Source: Iphione sp. A-MEVVRFRX5
Lineage: Eukaryota
Direction: 5' to 3'
NCBI GenBank assembly: GCA_976226885.1
Contig: OZ320314.1
Location: forward strand, 30,752,001-30,816,000
DNA length: 64,000 nt
Shown here: positions 27,344 to 39,600 of the stretch, in pieces
Layout: each line of letters starts with the position of its first letter
Numbering within the stretch: position 1 is the first letter of the stretch
The notes under the pieces: model-generated
Databases searched by the model: none
Told to the model about the DNA's origin: nothing
What the model saw: only the letters and a program-made list of their open reading frames with translations
Made by a program: the position numbers and the translations under genes

Positions 27344-27466
27344 CAGTAGAACCCCTCTAATTAGGACACCCTCTTTAAAGGAAATCCCCCACTATGGACA
27401 GACTGAAAACTGAACTACAAGTAATTCCATACTCCTGCTATTGTCCGTAGTAGAGAGGTTCCATTG
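27344..27466. mobile_element. Tc1/mariner (Tigger/pogo-like) MITE, degenerate
   Basis: Left CAGTAGAACCCCTCTAATTAGGACAC against right-end reverse complement CAATGGAACCTCTCTACTACGGACAA (19/26 match); TA on the right flank. Confidence 0.6.
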
Positions 27467-27537
27467 TAGTAGTTTTCCAGCCTACGGCACCATGTCTTAG
27501 TGATATTTTATTGTACTTTCTTTCCCGAATTGCTAAG

Positions 27538-27646
27538 ATATGAATCGCAAAGCCTCTTTCGGAGCCGGAGTGTACCAACTGACCCATCGCTGAACAGCAA
27601 AATGTCTTCTGAAACTAATACAATTGCAACGGGTTCTACAGATTGA
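27538..27646 (+). CDS. Candidate terminal coding exon (cytoplasmic tail) of the EGF-TM gene
   Basis: Acceptor ttgtactttctttcccgaattgctaag. A phase-2 join to 11990 gives ...CCRRRR-YESQSLFRSRSVPTDPSLNSKMSSETNTIATGSTD*. Linkage across 15.5 kb is inference only. Confidence 0.25.
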
Positions 27647-27849
27647 AGCTCTCTTTCAGGTTGTAAAAAGTGAAGCTCTCAGATCAAGTGGTCATGTAAA
27701 TCTATCGCATATATACTAGGGTTTCAGATACGCCAGCAATCAAAGAGAGTTGAAGAATGCCCAACCAATGAGAAATCTGTCAGTTAGGTTTAGTTTTAAC
27801 ATTGGAAGCTATGAGAACATTAATGCAGTCCCCCATATTAGTATCATAC

Positions 27850-28059
27850 CTTTCTCGGTGATTAGCACGATGTCAGACGCGATGGTGCAATTGAGTGAGG
27901 GCGATGTCCTGTCGGACCATGAGCAACAATTCAATAGCTCCTGGCTAGTGTGCTGCTCTGTAATGTAGGTAATGACCATGAAATAGGCAGATGCACGGAT
28001 CGCCTGCACAATGCAGTGGCTCGCGTCTGATGCCATACCGTGGGTCACAAAAGACATAA
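27850..28059 (-). CDS. Candidate internal exon, unknown gene (210 nt, phase 1-1)
   Basis: Acceptor tgtttctccgtgcag, donor AAAG|gtatga, one stop-free frame: MSFVTHGMASDASHCIVQAIRASAYFMVITYITEQHTSQELLNCCSWSDRTSPSLNCTIASDIVLITEK. Confidence 0.3.
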
Positions 28060-31000
28060 CTGCACGGAGAAACAGTCTACTGGTAAATGGCTGTGTACAG
28101 GCTCTGTTAAATATATAAATATCGTCAGCATTATGGACCAGCTATACTTGTCAGCATGTTTGGAGGGATATAACGGACATTTACACGAACTTTGCTTTCT
28201 CTCTTTTGTTTTCTTCCGAGTTTCAATTATAAAAGATGTGCCTTTGTAGAATATGACAATTATTACAAATGAATTCATGCCGACTCCTCTCGTTCCTTCT
28301 GTAAGTGCTTACAAAATGACAACCGAGGATATAGATAAACGTAGCTCTTCCTTCTAGCATTGAGTATTTTCATGGGTCGTCACATCGTATTACAGACGGT
28401 TTTTACTAAGAGAATGGACACATATTAACGACATGTGTACATATACTGGCGGTTGTGCTAAACGGGGCTATTACTCCATGCAGGAGCGAAAGTTAATGAG
28501 TATATCGGTGTGAAATTCTTCTGCAGAAAGATTAGGACACTCATATTTGTATTTCTGTCTCAATATCAAAACGTAATTAGCAGTTTTGCTGTTGAATCAT
28601 TACGCCATTCTTGTCTTCTTTAAGACGTCACTTGGGGCTGCTGGATCATGACGCGATGGGTTTAAACGTTCCTGACATGTACTTAATTCTCCAGTAGGCA
28701 CACGATGGCAGCCCCTGCTATCTCATTACCAATCTATATTGGTCCTATTACCCTAATGTCTTCCAATTACTTCGTCTTGATTGCCTCTTACACCAGCCCT
28801 TTAGCACTTACCATCACTCTCCATTCCTTCTTGTCTCTAACATAGGGTTATAGACCAATCTTCTCTTTCACAGGTCCCTTGGAAAGGTTTCCCGAATTCC
28901 TTACCGGGTACCGGGTGATTCTAGTGTTCCCTATAGAAAAGAAACCCTGCTGTGTAGTCTCTGAGGTGATTGTTCTGATTTACGACAGCTGCGATACCTG
29001 ATTTGGTCGTTAATTAAAACCTGGCTTGAGTTTCCTATCAAAGTATTGACCGCTGGGAATGCGAATGCGATATAAACACGAAGACAAATGGGATGGTAGT
29101 AGCAAAAAGGAAGGGAGGTAATCCAACGGAAGCGAGGGAGAAACAAAGAATAATTATAGAATATGCGATCGGCAAAGTAGGTAGCATCTGAAGGTAAAAC
29201 TAACAAATCTTGATGGGAGGAAAAGGTCGGACAGAAAAGGTTCGAAGAGGAGAGACTGGAAGAGGGAATTCATAAAAAAAAATCTGCTGCAAAATGGATG
29301 CAAAATGGATGCTAGAAATGACTGTTAATCTTAATAGATGAAAGGGTTGAAGCGAACTCCCATTCATTACCGCCCTGAGATACGCTCAATTATCCACTGC
29401 TCTAGTGTGTAATAGTCTCTGAAGGTGATCGCTCAGAACTATCGAAACAGAAGCTTTGGAGGCTTGAGCGTCTCCGTGGCTCCGGCCCTAACTCCATTAG
29501 ACCACATTTGGACGCCCTCGGGGGTCACCAATTACGGCGTGTGACTAGGTACGGGCACGGCACGACCTTGACTACCTTTGGCATCCAAATGCATCCGAAC
29601 CAGAATTTACTAAAGAGAGGTCATAGGAGCCCGCCGCGTAATGCGTCAATATTTAAGGAAGATACAACCAATGCAGTTATTTCTGTGCTAATTCGAAGAA
29701 TACAAAACAACCTTTGCATGAGTAAATGGCCCCTGTCAGACCACGTGAGCAAACCACTGAATTACACCATAATTTCATTCGACATTGTGACGTTGTTTTG
29801 GCAAATCCCTTGTTCTCTCCCATCGCAGGACATTTAGTCCCATGGGGCTTAATTGCATCGACCAGGAATGGTAAAGATGATTATGAGGATTTCTTTTCTC
29901 TACTTCTTAAATTGCTGCGATGCTTGGTGGATTTGTACTTTTATCTTTCCAATCCCTGGGAGACCTCGCCCAAGATATCTATCAACCACATTTTTGTTTG
30001 CCGCTGAAAACACGGGAAGGTATTAATTAAAACATGTCAGAGTTGTTTTAGAGACCTCCCAACAAAACCAGCGCGGTCAAAACGCCTCTGCCCCCGAGGT
30101 TCCGGCGGTGGCATCCTACCTGTCTCTCCCCTCTCCAATTGTACCTGGTGGGAAAAGAAGGGAAACGATGATCGCTCACAGGTTCGCTCTCGCTCTGGAC
30201 GTCTCTGCTTCTATCGGTTTGCCTGTCTCTTCGCTTGCATTTCGGGCGAGCTGGGTCGGTCTCCTACTCTCTCTTTATAACGTTCAAAGCTGTGACATCT
30301 ACTGAGTGGCAAGGCGTTTTCCCAGGGGAACTGATGGAAATTACGAACACGTTTCGGAGAAAGTTGATTAAAATTCCTAAAAGGACTGTAACAAGCCTCT
30401 TTTCACGTGTGTCTGGCCATCTATCCAGATTAAGTTCTTCCTTACCTCTAGAACCAAGAAATCTTGGGTTTTGAAACATACTGAAGATATTCAGTCCAAG
30501 GTTCCTTGATATTACATGATTTTGCTAATGAAACAAAAAAAGATATCGATGGTGACAGTTACAACCCTCTTAATTGCAAAAATAATATTTGGATAAAAAT
30601 GAGAAAAACCATTTTAACTACTCGTGGAGATGATTTCATATGTGTTACTTGATATCAAATGTGTTTTTCTAGTTTTGCTGGGACATTTTACTTATGGCAG
30701 CCATTATGATTTAAATGATACATAAACTGTTTTGCACCTCCACGGTCTGCTGTTTTTAGTGGGAGTTTTTTTTATCGTATTTGATAATTTTTTATGGTCA
30801 AGAATTGGGTTAATATTCTTGTGTTGACTTAAATTTAATAACATGATTATGTAAAACCTTTTTGCTATACTCCATAAATTGAAAGTGGAAAACATCCTAA
30901 CTACAATTTGAAACACAATGGCCACATTAATACATTTACCAATAGAGACAATAAACAAACAGTCGAAAGGCTGTACTTCACATGATAATACTGCTTCTTA

Positions 31001-31480
31001 CATCATGGAAACAAGTAAAATGGATGAAAAACAAATGAAATATATTGACCTGATGAATTCTAAAGATGGAAGTTTTGCCCTGTCAATTCTGTATCCGTGA
31101 AGAAAGGAAGTTTGCCTTTCTGCTTTTACTGCCATAGAAAATATCAGAAATGACTTCACTCAAATGATAATACATGTATATGTAAATGGTTTTGTTGGGA
31201 CCTTTTTTCAAACAAGCGTTAAATTAATGCCAATTTCGGAGGTTTCGAACTATAACCATTAATATGAATATATCTCATCGGCTTGTGCGATCCTAGTACT
31301 TCCAGAACTGGCCAAGCTAGAGCTCTGGAATATACAGAACATATCTTATAGCAGATATAATTATTACTTACTAATTTGGAAAATGGCTAAGGAAAACAGG
31401 ATATAAACATACTTCTTCCCAGATGGTGCTGCATTGAGACCACTGAAGTAGGACATGTTGCTGCAAGCGAGGGAGTCTTA

Positions 31481-31835
31481 GGCAAAAAAAAATAATAGGT
31501 GTGTTTCTGGTAACGACCAGCCAAAAACCTATGTAGGGAGGGGGGTATCTCTTTATTTTTAGATTTTTTTCCCACTTTCTTCCTCTGGTTTTCAATAATA
31601 ATAAAGACAATATCAAGAATTCTGACCAATCTGTATAAGTTTTATAGTTTTTTTTCGAATTTCCATGGATTTTCTTGTTGTTCTACTGAATTTATGAAAA
31701 ACATGTGTCGTAAAAACACATATCTCAGGAAATTCAGCCCTGGAAACTCTTTGGGGCCAAAAAAATTTTAGGTGGGGTGAGGTTTTATTAGGTAGGGGTG
31801 GGTTACCAGAAACACACCTATTATTTTTTTGGGCC
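31481..31835. mobile_element. PIF/Harbinger-like MITE, related subfamily, copy D (355 bp)
   Basis: Left GGCAAAAAAAAATAATAGGTGTGTTTCTGGTAAC, right GTTACCAGAAACACACCTATTATTTTTTTGGGCC; flanked by TTA (31478-31480) and TTA (31836-31838). The interior differs from copies A-C. Confidence 0.85.
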
Positions 31836-34800
31836 TTATCATTCTGGTGGAAATTCTTAGATCACCCTTATCATCTTGTGAAAAGAAGATAGAAGAATTG
31901 GACAGCAGCTTTCCTAACTTACCTAGCCTAAGCCGCTACTCGTTTATAGAAATGCGAATTTCGAAATAAATCCAGCAGTAATATAGAGCTCAACACACTT
32001 ACAATGGTTTTTCAAAGTGATGACAATGTAAACGGGGGAGTAGATGAACAATCTTTTGGTAAAGATATCAAGGTTGGAGAAGCACATATACGTGAGAAAG
32101 AGAGAGAGACACACACACACAAAGAGAATTATAGGAAAATGCCATGTATCCAAGATCCTACCTTCTCCATCACATTCGTATCTCCATAGGTGAGAACACG
32201 AATTGGTAAGTATATCTGTTAGACACAAAAGGGCGAATAGAGGACCTTTTGAGTACGTAAATAGTGCGACATGAACGAAGGTGTCATGTAACGGTAAACA
32301 GAGAAACTGTGATCCATCGCATGGATTGTGCTCTGGGATCTAGTGCAAATAATGAGACAAAATTCATGAAGAGTAGATTGAAAAAAGATTTGCAACTCTA
32401 ACCCTCTCCTTAGCAACGAAGAAGAAATACATGACCGACCATCACGTGAGAAGAAAGTGTTTATCCTGTTCTAACCGGCTGTCAGAACGAAATTAATACA
32501 GTAATCCTTTACAGCCAGGCTGACTCTCCGATGACTGTATTGTGGCTTCGTCAGTGAAATAAACCATACCACGTAGGACTTAGTCTTCGACAAGTACAAC
32601 ATCTGAACAGGTTTGAATGACATTTTCATTGAGCAGTAAGAGGATATTCTTCGACCGAAGTCGGGGAGCTAGGAAACTAAATAATCGACCGAACAAAGAA
32701 TAAAAGCGTCAATATAAGGGAAATTGTACGCGTTTCCGGTCATGTGTTCTCGAGCCAGAGACATTTTGCTAATTGCTATGCCCTCTACCCAAGGGTTAGT
32801 ACGGGAAAAGAAACAGGAAAAATTGCCACCTGTTGATTATTTGTAAATTACTATGAAGTGCGGGGTAAGCAATATTTGACATAGCCACCGCATTTTTCAC
32901 ACAAGAGTTTTCTTTCAAAATTCCTTTTTGTGTCTATCCGTCGTGAATTATGCAGCAGTTTGAACCATCTGTAAATCGAGTCGGAAAACATGTGGCTACC
33001 TCCATGAGGCGGGATCACGGTTGACATGGAGCCCGGCTGTCTCAAGAGACGAAACTAAGCTCCCTGCAGCTCGAGCAGTATGGAGTGTGGTTGAGTAACT
33101 CGGAGAGCCTTTCCTGGTTGCCATGGACGTTGCTGTCATGCATGAGGCGGTGGCTAATACGCCTGAATTAAATATCAGGCAGCAGCGGTTGACAGTTGAC
33201 AGCTTGAATCGATCGATTGCGACGTAACGATGATTTATTCATAGCAATAAAATGTGTGTAAGAACTTTTTCATCTAAGCATGAATTTGCATAGTTGAAGA
33301 GGCAGGGACAGTTATTCCATAAATAGTAGGCCAAGAATCTCTCTTTTTTAGGTGTTCAGACATAAAACATGTTAATTATGATGGCAAAGTAAAACGTTTC
33401 GCTACCCCTCATTATCATATCAGGAATGATAAGTATGCTATACATGCATTTGTGTTGACCTTGAAAGCAATATGTCAAGCCCAAAAGTGCTTCAAGCAAT
33501 GTAGATATACAAATCAAACTAAGCCTTTAACATTGAACAAATTTTGTTATCGAAATATTTTCCCGTGATAAATATCTGTCTAGCGTGAATACAACTTTCA
33601 TGGAAGTGTTGATATATTTTTAATTTAGGGATTTGCTCCTCTTATTGTAGTGAATTATTTTTATCGTACACCTGTAAACGTGGATCAACACACATCAGAT
33701 AGCAATGATATATTGTACACAAAACAAACCATTTCAAACAGACAACGGAAAATGTCCCTTAAATACCATCCCTGTGCTTGAATAATTTAGTAATACACAA
33801 TATTTGAGGCAAGTAATTCTCGCATAGCTTCTCCACCCCTGGGCTGGGATAGTGTAGTTGTACTTTTACTTTTGCGTTTCGGGGATGCCGTATTTGAGGG
33901 TACCAAACACGGTTGGTTTACAAACGAACATAATTTCATTGAATATTTCTACTTTTATGTGAATAATTGTATATTATATGTTTTACAGTGTCATTTATGC
34001 ACTTACAACATATAGATATATAACGTGTCGCCCGGCGATTAGTATTAATTGCTTCCCCAACTCAACCCTTGTGGATTGTTTTGGATACATAAATCCTGAC
34101 CTCGTTTTCGCCCTTGTGCCCAACACACTCTACCCGTTTTCCCTTAGTACAGATGTCGATCTTACACGCCCAGATTGACAACTTGCACTTGTAATTCAAT
34201 CATTGTTGTCCTTCCATGATGTAAGCAGCTGAGCCCACAGTGCAATTGATACTTTTTTGCATACGTCGAGAGGGCGCGAGAAAATATATATCAAGTACCA
34301 TTATAGAAAAGAATTACACTATGTATTTTACAATTTAAACCATTTGCAGTTGTCCTTCCTACAATAGCGCCATTGTATCTTTGACACGCAAAGAATTTGC
34401 TTTGAGTCGATTTGCTCGTCTCAGAATATAATAGCCGCAAGTTGCTTTCACTCGTAGCTCTTTGCCACCCTATTATTGTTTGATAAGCTGAGCACACCTG
34501 CCCGTATTTAGATAGCTGTTTCAGTACCAGTGCAAGAAGTCATTATTGACGGAAACAAATGCGCCACATGCCGACGGGAAGTGGATGTTTACTCGAAATA
34601 CAGCCCTGACAAATACATGTATACGTGTACACACCACCCCATCCACAATACCTACATCCTCTGTGTTCAAGCAGATTAGAAATCATACGGATATGATAAA
34701 CATAAATGCCCAGAAAGAAATGCAGCTTCTTGCTTTGAATACCGATCGGCTTGACTGCACATGACTTGTACGTAATAAGCGACCAAGGAAACTCTACATA

Positions 34801-35419
34801 CGAGTGCAAACCATTTCACACAGAAAGTAGGGCAAGCCGCGCCGATATCCCCGAAGGTTGAGCAGTCGTTCCATGTGTTCGGTGTCTTATTCCCTAATGT
34901 GCTTAAGCCACACGAAACGAATCAGCATGTGGGAATAGAGCGATTAGGATACCGTATGGAGAGTATGCCAAACAGGGTGCTAAGAAAGAGAATTACTCTT
35001 CAAGGTAGACGTGGTAAACGACCAATCATGGGCTTCCTTCTTGAACGTCAGTTACATGCACCGTTTTAGGATATTGCTACCTGCTATTTATAAGGAGCAG
35101 CTCATTCCTATAGCTCCCCAGGTGTGTACCGAGCATGTCTCGAATCGGTAACGATGAGCAGACCAGCCATATTGCTAGCGTATGAGCGTATCCGCCGTGA
35201 ACATAATTTGCATCTGGTTAGATACGAAATGATCTTCTACCACAGGAGCGCAGGTGATTATCGTCGTTGGTGCTAAGATTGCTTTGGTATCCAACAATGT
35301 CACAAATCCATGGTGGGTGGGTGGATGGGGGGGGGGGGGTCACGGTGTGTGGCATAGTTCATTGTTAACGGTACCACTAAGCTATTTTGTGAGAATCATC
35401 TTGTCCCACATGTCGAACA

Positions 35420-35516
35420 CAGTCAAAACCCTATTTACGACCATCATTAGGTACTTTAATTGTCGCAAATGGGACTTGGTCGTTAATCGATGTTGTCGCA
35501 AATAGGGTATTAACTG
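35420..35516. mobile_element. Short Tc1/mariner-like MITE (97 bp)
   Basis: Left CAGTCAAAACCCTATTTACGACCAT against right-end reverse complement CAGTTAATACCCTATTTGCGACAAC (20/25 match). The TIR is related to the element at 44795. Flanks are CA/CA rather than TA. Confidence 0.65.
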
Positions 35517-38500
35517 CAACTCATATTGTTTACTCAACTCGGAATAAAAATTGAATTTTAACCTACTGCCGATTTGGGGAAATATCGTTTCATACAACGC
35601 GACCCATAAGAAATTTAAAAATAGATCTAACTCATGGAACGAACTGCATTTGCTAGTGGCCAATTGTGGGATCTCGATTGGGCTATCCTATGGGATCCAA
35701 ACAACCTACGCAAGCCAGCCATCATTACCTTTGTCGCGCGTGCCCGGCTTTCTTCCCAGTAAGGTCTCCCTGGCAGTTTATCTTATTTGAGTGTCCTTAG
35801 GCTTAAGGACTGGTGCAGCTGTTGTGAGAGGGGCTGGTAGGTGACTGTGGGGGTGATGGGGTGGATGGCTGTATGGGTGCGTCGCGGTTCCCTCGTGAGT
35901 GTGGGGATCGCAGGACAGTTTGCTCTGCCAACTTGTATTGATTGGGCCATGTTCGTGCTGCGTGTCAAAAAGGCTGGCTTTCTTATTTGTTGCAGCCGAG
36001 AAATGCCAAGGCAAAGCCCGCAGGAATAAGTAAAGAGTAAAAAAAAGATAACAATAATAGTCAGTCCCTTTTTTTCATTGGGCACCACACAGACAACAGA
36101 TTTACCTTTGGTGATTTTGTTGTCATGCGACATAATGATTGCTTCAACCAGTAGTTTTGAGATGGCCTTGTATTGACGAGGCAAGGGATGATAAGGTCCC
36201 TCTACTGGCTCAAAGAGGCATGCTCCTTTCAGAAGGCATTGAATTGTGTAGAAGTGTCGGTCGTTTTAGGTTTCACCGTGTACCGGAAAAATGAGCACGA
36301 AATCATGCCTTGTTATGTTGCGAATCCACTGGTCGTTACTTTAATGGTTTGGCATAGGAAAGCCATGCCGTATAGAGTACAGTTATGAAAAGAAAATCGT
36401 AGTGGTATCCTGGTAATATTTTTCACAGCAACATAACCAATACAAGAAGCAATAAGCACATTACCGAATGTTCGTCTTAAAGAAAGCTTTTCAATTGGTG
36501 TTTCCAACATCTCATGGCATTCCTTTCCTCCCCTGGCTGAGGTGCGGATCCGGGTCACAGAATGTCCCGAGACATTTCGTTTTTCTGATTGACGGTTTCC
36601 TAAAACGTCTTGGTAAAACCCTCAAAATGGCGCGAATGGGAAAAAATGCCTTATCAATTGCTGGGCAGGCGGTTCTGTCAATGATAAAAAAAGTTGAATT
36701 CTTGATTAGCCTCCCAATGTCTTCTTTCGAGAAATCGTTTTTAAATATTTACAATTAAGAAAGAGCAGGATAAGAAACACGGCTTATCGACAGTTGTTTC
36801 CTCTGGCTGTCAGATGGTATGAAATCGTAAAAGCTTGCACCGATAAGTTAAGGTCAGAGGTACAGCTTGTTATCCTTGAATGACTGATTTGTCTTTCGGC
36901 TGTGTGCTTACTTGAGGATTCTGCGGCATTGAGATGTACTTCTGCTCGAAATCCTTACTCTCGACCTACTTTCGTCCCCGCCCCAGAGTGTCTCACGGAA
37001 AATTCCTCAATATCTTTTATCTTGTGATAATAAAATCTGACTGTAAACGCTGTACTGAATAGAAGCCTCTCTCTTCATTCTTGAGAGAATGCGACTTCAG
37101 GGTGAACCTCAGCAGCAGAGGACTTCTTCACTGAACCTGACCAAGGGCATTTGAGTCGAATTATCCTACTCAAATGTACATTAAATATAAATAAGTTGAT
37201 TTGTAGGTTCGAACTTCTGCCACCGTATTCCCAAGTTCCCTAGCCGTAACTGAGAGAAGAAGACTTAGTTAAAACCTAGAATCTTGATATTCAAGTAAGC
37301 TTAATGCGGCTAGAATCAGGCCGTAAGAGATGCTCTTGTCTCTGTAGAGAGTCTGTATGTTTGTAACTCTAACTCTTGCAATCCATTCTGGAGAAACGGA
37401 GTGCATTGGCGGAAGTTAAGGCCTCAGAGTAGAAACAAGTTGGCGTTTGGGAACCAGTCACTGAAGGCAGGCTGCAAGTGACTAAGTCTGAAGTAGGGCT
37501 ATCCATGGGCGCATAATTATTTGCTGTACATAATCATCAAACAGAAGGTTGCTGACCAGTATAATGTATGTCCTGAAACCCACATATAAAGGACTCCTTC
37601 GAATCTTGTACCTGTAAGTACAGTAAGAGAAAAGGGCTTGCATCTACTGTTGATATTCGGCTAATGAATGGAACAGGATCTGTCTGCGTCTGCTGACTTA
37701 TTTGATGAATTTTGTTTTGCATTGGCGACAAGAGACACATAGCCACGTTTCCAATGATTTATCACATGAGCTGTGTGGTGCTATGCACATTGGTCATCAC
37801 TGATATGGCGACTTTTGCATTCCTTTAGTGCATAGACACAAGTTTGGTTGACTAAGACAGTTAATACAATGTAGACAAGATGAAAATATTGTTCTTCTGT
37901 ATCAGACAGTTAAGACTAAGAACAAGTTTATTGAACCCCCTCAAACCATGTAGAGTTCTCCCTATGCTGGTATTGCTTATAGTAAGGATTTGTAACACTC
38001 GGCAATGTATCATATACATGTATGTGCAAAAGTACGCAATATGTACAGACATATCATTGTTTAGCAAGGATGACATTGCTAATGAACACCACTCAGTATG
38101 TACCTATGTACCAAAGAATAAAAAACCAAATATGACTGAAGCTAATAGACAGTGTTTATATAATTAGGTAAGATGGGTTTCTTCCCAGATAGCATAGAGA
38201 CGATTTTACTTCGTCTTTGACATTATAACATTAGTATGTATTGGAGTCAGCGTAGAGAATGCAAGTGTGTTAGGCATGAGGTACTTCTGAACCCATAATT
38301 ATAATGAATTATCATATTGCTTCCCTTGTAACTCGAGAACCAACATGGCCACCTTTAGCTTGGCAGGCAGTCAATTTTACAGACCCATATACTGGGAACC
38401 CCGTCAAATTACTCTATAAATGTCCGGACGAGTCATGCTAGATTCTCAACCCTTGACGGTCCTACTTTTTAATTTTGATACATATACGCCCTGTTTGATG

Positions 38501-39254
38501 ACACTGTGTACATGATGCATCATTGGTTTTAAATTTATGGATTCATTTGTTGCTAGGTTTGCTCTGTCTTGCAATTTCTTTACGATGTATGCAGCATACA
38601 TGTTGTGTCACATGTCACTCTATGCAGACAGCGGTTAATGCTTTACCTCGTGCTAGTCAATCAGCTATCATTGAGTTCCTGGGAGAAAGGGAGACTACAT
38701 TGACTTGGATAACAAGACATAGTATTTGAAGAGAGTATACATAGCTCTTTTAGTCTAGTTAACTGGTTGCTTCCCTTGCTACATCATGCCAGGTTGGTTT
38801 GTCGTCCAGCTCATCACCGAAAACCCTAACTTTCTTGAACTGGTGAACCATAGTTCTTCCGGCTTTTTGTCAGATTCCAGCCATAATTACAGGCTGATGG
38901 CCATCATTATTGTTTTCTAGTTTTAATAGGGTACCATTGGTTTCGCACCATTTTTTTTTATTAAGTTGCAGTCAATGGGGAGCTTGAGCTGCTCCAAGTA
39001 CACATTTCCAGCAGACAGTATTGTGACTTGTACCTGCTCTGAAGAGTAGTGGTTTCAGAACTGAGGACCATCCACACAAAAATGTCTGGTTCACTCCATA
39101 TGCAGAACTCTGCTGGGTGTAGCTGGGATATAGAAAGTGTACAATTCCACTGTTAACCATATTAGAACAAAATGTACAGTGGTACAAACAATATCCTACT
39201 TTATTTCTGAGATGTACAATATATATTTGAAACATTGTAGAGGTCATTGGCATA

Positions 39255-39600
39255 GTTCCCCTTCCCTCTCAAAGTCTACGCTGAGCATTATTTAGAGACT
39301 CTATTCAAAATATCCCATATCCTTTTGTATAACGCTCACTCTGATACTTTACCAGCTACCGGGAGGATGGAGAAGGGCCAGCACTCTGCTGCTTCTCTCC
39401 TTGACCCCTTTTTATAAATCAAGGTTATGACTGCTCTCTTCAAGGATGTGACGTACTTGCCTTTCCTAATTACATCGGCTAAATCAGCTGTTCAATTTCG
39501 GTGTTAGAATAGATAGCCAATCCTTTAGCATCCTTGGTGGTACTCCTGCCACTACTGATGGGTTTGCTTCCTTTATGCTCTGGACTAATTTACTGGCTGC
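39255..39600 (-). mobile_element. Decayed LINE (CR1/L2-group) reverse transcriptase fragment, domains 0-2
   Basis: Minus strand: VQSIKEANPSVVAGVPPRMLKDWLSILTPKLNS*F, frameshift, then IRKGKYVTSLKRAVITLIYKKGSRREAAECWPFSILPVAGKVSE. This parallels WKEATITPLYKGKGSRTDPNSFRPISILPLPSKILE in the intact ORF2 of this window. Confidence 0.7.

Noticed and set aside
29419-29452. CTGAAGG-T-GAT...ATC-GAAAC hammerhead-like string
   Set aside because: A9 is mutated and there is no NUH triplet or stem I; too degenerate to call.
33018-33064. GGAGC...GTCTCAAGAGAC-GAAAC...GCTCC three-way-junction look-alike
   Set aside because: The core reads CCGGCT rather than CUGANGA.
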